DNA of 63,014 bases, the filler included. It is 4 parts of 4 records of this genome, joined end to end, with 100 filler letters (N's around TTAATTAATTAA, not from the genome) between each part and the next. Parts side by side here need not be neighbours in the genome. Positions count along the whole stretch, not along the records: positions 51,887 to 63,014 come from SRR20825006_202; 3 more parts are not named here. The stretch is one strand, 5' to 3'. Of the stretch, positions 58,059 to 63,014 are shown piece after piece. The notes under the pieces are model-generated. The model did no database searches. It saw only the letters and a program-made list of their open reading frames with translations, and was not told the DNA's origin. Position 1 is the stretch's first letter. Each line of letters opens with the position of its first letter. Made by a program: the position numbers and the translations under genes.

Positions 58059-59435
58059 TCACTCAGCCCTCAAAAGCCTCCAGAAACGCCAGCCAAGCAT
58101 CACGGCGGCAGCGCCGAGACCGATCAGAAATCCGACCCAGATCCCCACGCCTTCAAGGCCCACCGGAAAGGCGAGAAACCATGCAATTGGCAAACCGACG
58201 ATCCAATAGGCAACCAACACCAGAAACATAGGGATGCGCGTATCTTTCAATCCGCGCAAAAGGCCGTTCATCATGACCTGAGTGGTGTCCATCAACTGGA
58301 ACAGACCTGCTATCATGATCAGCGGCACTGAATAGGCAAGAACAGCCGCGGCCTGCGGCAATGTGCGGTCCATGAAGAAACCGGCCAAGAATTTCGGCGC
58401 AACGGCAAAACTGAGGCCTCCGGCCAGCGCAAAGAAAAGCGCTATTGCCGAAACCATCACGGATGCACGAACAAGATCTGCCCGGTTGCCGAGGCCATGA
58501 AAAAGCCCGATGCGAACGGTTGCCGCCTGTGACAGACCAAGCGGCACCATGAAGGCGATAGAGGAAAGCTGGATCGCGATACCGTGGGCGGCGAGCGGCA
58601 CAGCCCCGAACTGTCCCATCAGGACCGAGGATACGGTGAACATCGACACTTCCGCCAGCACCGCAACCCCGATCGGAAGGCCGAGCAGCACCACCTCTTT
58701 CAGCGCCAGCCAGTCCGGCTTCCAGAAGCGTACGAACAGTTGATAGCGCACAAGCTCCCGATCGCGTTCGATATAAATCGCGAGATAGACAAACCCGAAA
58801 AGCTGGCCGACGAACGCAGCAACCGCCGCCCCGCGAATACCGAGTTGCGGCATTCCGAAATGCCCGAAAACAAGCACGTAGTCGATCACGGCATTGATCA
58901 CCAGCATCATCAGCGTGACCCACAAGATGACATTGGCACGCCCTGTGGCACTCACCAGAGAGCGCAGCACACCAAACAAAAGCGCGGGAAAGATCGCAAA
59001 TCCGACGATGTGGAGATATTGCGCGGATTTGAGCGCAACGTCGGCCTCCTGCCCCAGAGCCAGAAGGATCGGCTGCGAATAAAGGAAAAGCGGCAGAACC
59101 AGGACGCCGTATATGATCGATGACCACATGCCCATTCGCATCGACCGGCGAACGGCGATTTCATCGCCACGTCCATAGGCCTGAGCGACCATGGGAATAA
59201 CCGCGATTGCCAAGCCTGCACCAAAGATGAAAATGGTGAAGAAATACTGGGTTGCCAGAACGGCAGCAGCGAGATCGACAGCACTCAACTGCCCCAGAAA
59301 GAAAATATCCGTGGCATTGATACCCTGCTGGGCAAGCTGCGCTCCGATGAGCGGAATTCCAAGAAGAAGCGTTTCCCTGAAATGGGAAAGCCACGAATGA
59401 CCGGCTGCTTGCGCAGGAGGCATTGCGACAGACAT
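58059..59435 (-). CDS. MATE-family efflux transporter (NorM-like)
   Basis: About 12 TM helices; GIRGAAVA, LAAHGIA, FMVPLG and LRGLKDT motifs. Confidence 0.92.
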   Translation of the reverse strand: MSVAMPPAQAAGHSWLSHFRETLLLGIPLIGAQLAQQGINATDIFFLGQLSAVDLAAAVLATQYFFTIFIFGAGLAIAVIPMVAQAYGRGDEIAVRRSMRMGMWSSIIYGVLVLPLFLYSQPILLALGQEADVALKSAQYLHIVGFAIFPALLFGVLRSLVSATGRANVILWVTLMMLVINAVIDYVLVFGHFGMPQLGIRGAAVAAFVGQLFGFVYLAIYIERDRELVRYQLFVRFWKPDWLALKEVVLLGLPIGVAVLAEVSMFTVSSVLMGQFGAVPLAAHGIAIQLSSIAFMVPLGLSQAATVRIGLFHGLGNRADLVRASVMVSAIALFFALAGGLSFAVAPKFLAGFFMDRTLPQAAAVLAYSVPLIMIAGLFQLMDTTQVMMNGLLRGLKDTRIPMFLVLVAYWIVGLPIAWFLAFPVGLEGVGIWVGFLIGLGAAAVMLGWRFWRLLRAE

Positions 59436-59558
59436 GAATTTCACCAGAAGTTGACACGCCGGAGCCAAACAACAGCGGGGCTGCGGCGGCGAATCTATCT
59501 AGCTCAGTTTTAAGGCAATAGCCAGAGTGAATGCCTTAAATTCGGGCAATTTTACCTG

Positions 59559-60239
59559 TCATGAGATCGGGTTGCCGCCATAACGATAAGCGCCACCACG
59601 CTGGAGCGCACGCTTATAAGCCGGGCGCGCATGGATCGCCTCAAGATAGCGGTAAACCGCTTTTGGCCGTTTCTCAAAATCGATTCGCTCAAGACCCGTT
59701 TCCACAGGAAAGCTCATCATGATGTCGGCGGCGGTAAAGTCAGAACCGGCAAACCAGCCATCCCGTTCCAGTTCTGCATTCCAGAATTCACCGTGTCTCT
59801 TCAGCTGCGGGTCAGTGAGCTTTTGCCGAACGGCTCTGGAAACGGCATTGACAAGCGGTCGAACAAGTGCCGGAGCCTGTTCCGGAATTTTAAGAAAAAC
59901 CAGCTTCATGACCAGAAGCGGCATCGCAGAACCTTCCGAATAGTGCATCCAATAGCGATATCGGAGCACCTCGTCGGTTCCCGGCTCAGGCCTCAAGTTG
60001 CTTTCGGCGCCATATTTATCGATCAGATATTCAATAATCGCAGCACTTTCAGCGATCGCCGTTCCGTCATCTTCAATCACCGGGGATTTTCCGAGCGGAT
60101 GCACTTCTTTCAGGCTTTGCGGTGCACTCATGTCTTTGCAACGCTTATAGGTCTTGACCTCATAATTGACCCCGAGCTCCTCCAGCAACCAGAGAATACG
60201 GTGGGCGCGGGAATCCTCAAGATAGTGAACCAGCAGCAT
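59559..60239 (-). CDS. Glutathione S-transferase
   Basis: SRAHRILWLLEEL, HPLGKSP, AESAAI and FTAADI motifs. Confidence 0.93.
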   Translation of the reverse strand: MLLVHYLEDSRAHRILWLLEELGVNYEVKTYKRCKDMSAPQSLKEVHPLGKSPVIEDDGTAIAESAAIIEYLIDKYGAESNLRPEPGTDEVLRYRYWMHYSEGSAMPLLVMKLVFLKIPEQAPALVRPLVNAVSRAVRQKLTDPQLKRHGEFWNAELERDGWFAGSDFTAADIMMSFPVETGLERIDFEKRPKAVYRYLEAIHARPAYKRALQRGGAYRYGGNPIS

Positions 60240-60321
60240 GATGACCTTTCAGATTGAATGAACCGTACGGTTCGATATAATATATATACGGTGTTTCGCC
60301 AGCATTGGATCAAAAGAACGA

Positions 60322-61350
60322 TCAGAATGCGGCAAGCGCAATGGCCCCAAGATAAAGAAACAGAATCCCCGCGCTTTCAAATCCAATACTGCCCGGCCCG
60401 GATTTCTGCCGCACGATCAGCCCCAGTAGCAGCACGGCGGTCACACAAAGACCGACAGCGAGCCACAACATGTCATCCTTTGTAAGGGCCGCGTAGAGTG
60501 AGCCGTCGCGATATGCGACATCCGACAGCGTTAAAAACAGTGTATCAAAGGTGTTGCCGCCGATAATACCGCCGACCGCCAGCTGCAGAGCGCCACGCCT
60601 TACCGCTGCAAGCGTTGTGACGAGTTCGGGCAGGGAAGTTACGACCGCGGTCATCAATGCACCGACCAGCGAGGCAGACAATCCGTAGCGATCTGTAATG
60701 ACACCTGCAACCTGTGAGATCAGATAACCCGCAATGCCCATCAACAGCATCAACGCAAAGAAGACAGCGAAAATCTGAGCATTGCCTCGTGCATCGCGTG
60801 TATCTTCTTCCGGTGTATCAGATCGGGTTTCGTGCGTGCCGACAGGCCGCCACATCGGATCATCCCTGACCCGTTTCGAGGCGACAACGCCGGCTATGTA
60901 AACACCAAACAGTGCAAGGGAAATCGGGCTGACAGCAAGGATAGAGATATCCGGGCCGAGATATCCGATCAGAGGAAGGCTGAGCAACAGGACAAGCAGT
61001 GCGCCCTGAAACAGGTTGGAAAGATCCGCTGCGGCGTGCTCAAGATTAACGCGGCGATAGATCATATCGGCCAGAGCAAGAAATGCCGTTTGGGCGGCAA
61101 TTCCGCCGATGGCATTCGAGAAGCTCAAAGACGCCCTGCCCTCAAGCGCTGCGGTAACGGAAACCACTGTTCCCGACAGCGAGGTCGCAGCCCCCAGAAG
61201 AAGGCCCCCGATCAGCGCCTCGCCCAGACCGGTTCGATCGGCAATGCGATCGGCGACATCTGTGATTTTCACACCGCTGCCGAGAATAACAAAGCCCGCC
61301 AGCGCGAAGATGGCTACGAGCCAGACAAGAGACAGGTTTTCGAAACTCAT
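60322..61350 (-). CDS. Sodium:calcium (CaCA) antiporter
   Basis: Two alpha repeats (GAATSLS and AVVTSLPE...GGN). Confidence 0.88.
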   Translation of the reverse strand: MSFENLSLVWLVAIFALAGFVILGSGVKITDVADRIADRTGLGEALIGGLLLGAATSLSGTVVSVTAALEGRASLSFSNAIGGIAAQTAFLALADMIYRRVNLEHAAADLSNLFQGALLVLLLSLPLIGYLGPDISILAVSPISLALFGVYIAGVVASKRVRDDPMWRPVGTHETRSDTPEEDTRDARGNAQIFAVFFALMLLMGIAGYLISQVAGVITDRYGLSASLVGALMTAVVTSLPELVTTLAAVRRGALQLAVGGIIGGNTFDTLFLTLSDVAYRDGSLYAALTKDDMLWLAVGLCVTAVLLLGLIVRQKSGPGSIGFESAGILFLYLGAIALAAF

Positions 61351-61433
61351 TCAGTTCTCCGTGTTGCCAACGTCAACGCGCTGGCAGCACGTTTGTTTCT
61401 GGCCGCTTTTCGATAGGTGTGAACGTAGCGGGC

Positions 61434-61622
61434 TTACGCAACCGGCGCGCTACGGCGGCGCACACCGGCACGGTCGGACTTTCCGAAAAGGTCTCGCCGT
61501 GTATGGGTCAGTCCTTCGATATGCTCACTCAAAGGCTTACCGCGAACAATCCGGTAAAGAATGGTCAGCCCTGCAGCTGCAAATGCAAGCTGAAATGCAA
61601 TAAGAGGCAGATACTCAAACAT
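61434..61622 (-). CDS. Putative 62-aa single-TM protein
   Basis: RBS AGGAGG upstream of ATG at 61622; hydrophobic N-terminus and basic tail. Confidence 0.5.
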   Translation of the reverse strand: MFEYLPLIAFQLAFAAAGLTILYRIVRGKPLSEHIEGLTHTRRDLFGKSDRAGVRRRSAPVA

Positions 61623-61865
61623 CACGAACCCTCCTGTTTGCAAAGTAAACGTTGCTAAAGTCAAAAAAGTTCATTTTCATTTAGAAAAAAGTAATATTTG
61701 ATAAAGTGGAAACACAAGCTGGATGGTGCATTTTCGGGGTTCCGTTCCGGACGCAATTTGCCTATAAGGCCCACCTAGCCTAAATGATCAAACGCCTGTC
61801 CCCGGCCCGGTTTTCCGCGCCGGTTTTTGATGCAGGCAGAAAACCAGAATTGACGGATTACGCCC

Positions 61866-63014
61866 ATGCCCAAGCGCCAAGACCTAAAGTCCATCCTCAT
61901 CATCGGCGCGGGGCCGATTGTTATTGGTCAGGCCTGTGAGTTTGACTATTCCGGCGCTCAGGCCTGCAAGGCGCTCAGGCAAGAAGGCTACCGGGTAATT
62001 CTGGTCAACTCCAACCCGGCCACGATCATGACCGATCCGGAGCTGGCGGATGCCACCTATGTAGAGCCGATCACGCCGGAAGTCGTTGCCAAGATCATCG
62101 CCAAGGAGCGTCCAGATGCGCTGTTGCCGACCATGGGCGGACAAACGGCGCTGAACACGGCACTTTCGTTGCGCCGCATGGGCGTTCTCGAACGCTACAA
62201 TGTTGAAATGATCGGCGCCAAACCGGAGGCCATAGACAAGGCGGAGGATCGGGCACTCTTCCGCGAGGCGATGGCAAAAATCGGCCTGGAAACGCCGCGT
62301 TCGATGCTGGCCAATGCCACCGAGATCAAGGATGTGGATCGCCAGAAGCATGAAGCTAAGCGCGCAGAACTGAAGAAATCGCTTTCCGGTGAAGCGCTCG
62401 ATACTGCGCTTGATGAACTGGAAAACGAGTGGAACCTCGGCAATACCGACCGCAAGCAGCGTTATATGTCTCACGCCATGGCGGTTGCCGCACAGGCACT
62501 GGATTTTGTCGGCCTGCCCGCGATCATCCGTCCGTCCTTCACATTGGGTGGCACGGGTGGCGGCATCGCCTTCAACCGTTCGGAATTCTTCGAGATCGTC
62601 GGCTCGGGCCTAGATGCCTCGCCAACGACCGAAGTTCTGATCGAAGAATCGGTGCTTGGCTGGAAGGAATATGAAATGGAGGTCGTCCGCGACCACGCGG
62701 ACAACTGCATCATCATCTGCTCGATTGAAAATATCGATCCGATGGGTGTTCACACTGGCGATTCGATTACAGTCGCTCCGGCACTGACGCTGACGGACAA
62801 AGAATACCAGATGATGCGCAATGCCTCGCTGGCCGTGCTGCGCGAAATCGGCGTTGAAACCGGCGGCTCGAATGTTCAGTTCGCGGTCAACCCGGCTGAC
62901 GGGCGTCTTGTCGTTATCGAGATGAACCCGCGCGTTTCCCGCTCCTCCGCGCTGGCCTCGAAAGCCACCGGCTTTCCGATTGCAAAGGTCGCGGCCAAGC
63001 TGGCCGTCGGCTAC
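61866..63014 (+). CDS. carB: Carbamoyl-phosphate synthase large subunit, runs off the window end
   Basis: Manual translation gives [30 protein letters not shown]...HTGDS...[19 protein letters not shown]; missing from the ORF track because it has no stop codon in the window. Confidence 0.97.
   Translation, partial: MPKRQDLKSILIIGAGPIVIGQACEFDYSGAQACKALRQEGYRVILVNSNPATIMTDPELADATYVEPITPEVVAKIIAKERPDALLPTMGGQTALNTALSLRRMGVLERYNVEMIGAKPEAIDKAEDRALFREAMAKIGLETPRSMLANATEIKDVDRQKHEAKRAELKKSLSGEALDTALDELENEWNLGNTDRKQRYMSHAMAVAAQALDFVGLPAIIRPSFTLGGTGGGIAFNRSEFFEIVGSGLDASPTTEVLIEESVLGWKEYEMEVVRDHADNCIIICSIENIDPMGVHTGDSITVAPALTLTDKEYQMMRNASLAVLREIGVETGGSNVQFAVNPADGRLVVIEMNPRVSRSSALASKATGFPIAKVAAKLAVGY

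Noticed and set aside
52492-62716. Many overlapping alternative-frame ORFs in the GC-rich segment (for example 58153-59127, 56685-57269, 61884-62474)
   Set aside because: Shadow ORFs over well-supported genes, expected where stop codons are rare; no recognisable motifs
51887-63014. GC-rich block as a horizontally acquired island in a flavobacterium
   Set aside because: It starts exactly at an artificial linker and consists of alphaproteobacterial core genes (rpoD, dnaG, carAB), so it is a different organism's contig

Overview
The window joins four separate contigs with identical artificial 100-nt spacers (N44-TTAATTAATTAA-N44 at 19400-19499, 41112-41211 and 51787-51886), so gene order means nothing across the gaps. 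Segments 1-3 look like Flavobacteriaceae (AT-rich, TAnnTTTG promoters, a T9SS cargo protein). Segment 4 is GC-richer and looks like Rhizobiales. Segment 1 (1-19399) carries a DUF2975/HTH pair, nhaA, a bioF-DUF2007-bioD-bioA cluster followed by an orphan ketoacyl synthase, a GT2-GT2-GT-C glycosylation trio, manC and pdhC/pdhA. Segment 2 (19500-41111) carries housekeeping genes (priA, nadC, rlmH, mazG, def, ruvX, dapD) around a ~10 kb locus: YbjN/CesT-like chaperone, PspA (bacterial ESCRT-III), NfeD/YqiJ-like protein, flotillin and a 1632-aa AAA+ ATPase, with a divergent XRE regulator and repeated TGCTAA-N5-TTAGCA sites. Segment 3 (41212-51786) carries an operon with Fur-like boxes encoding a DUF4856 lipoprotein, an imelysin-like lipoprotein, a vitamin-K-dependent gamma-carboxylase homologue that keeps the catalytic motifs, and a TonB-dependent receptor, followed by a small protein with two HiPIP-like 4-Cys repeats and guaB. 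Segment 4 (51887-63014) carries rpoD, dnaG, yqeY, carA, MATE, GST, a CaCA antiporter and carB. The best candidates for uncharacterised systems are the PspA-flotillin-ATPase membrane-remodelling locus, the carboxylase-containing metal-uptake operon and the biotin-linked ketoacyl synthase. No CRISPR array, rRNA, tRNA or intact transposase was seen. Family assignments come from motif recognition by eye; no searches were run.
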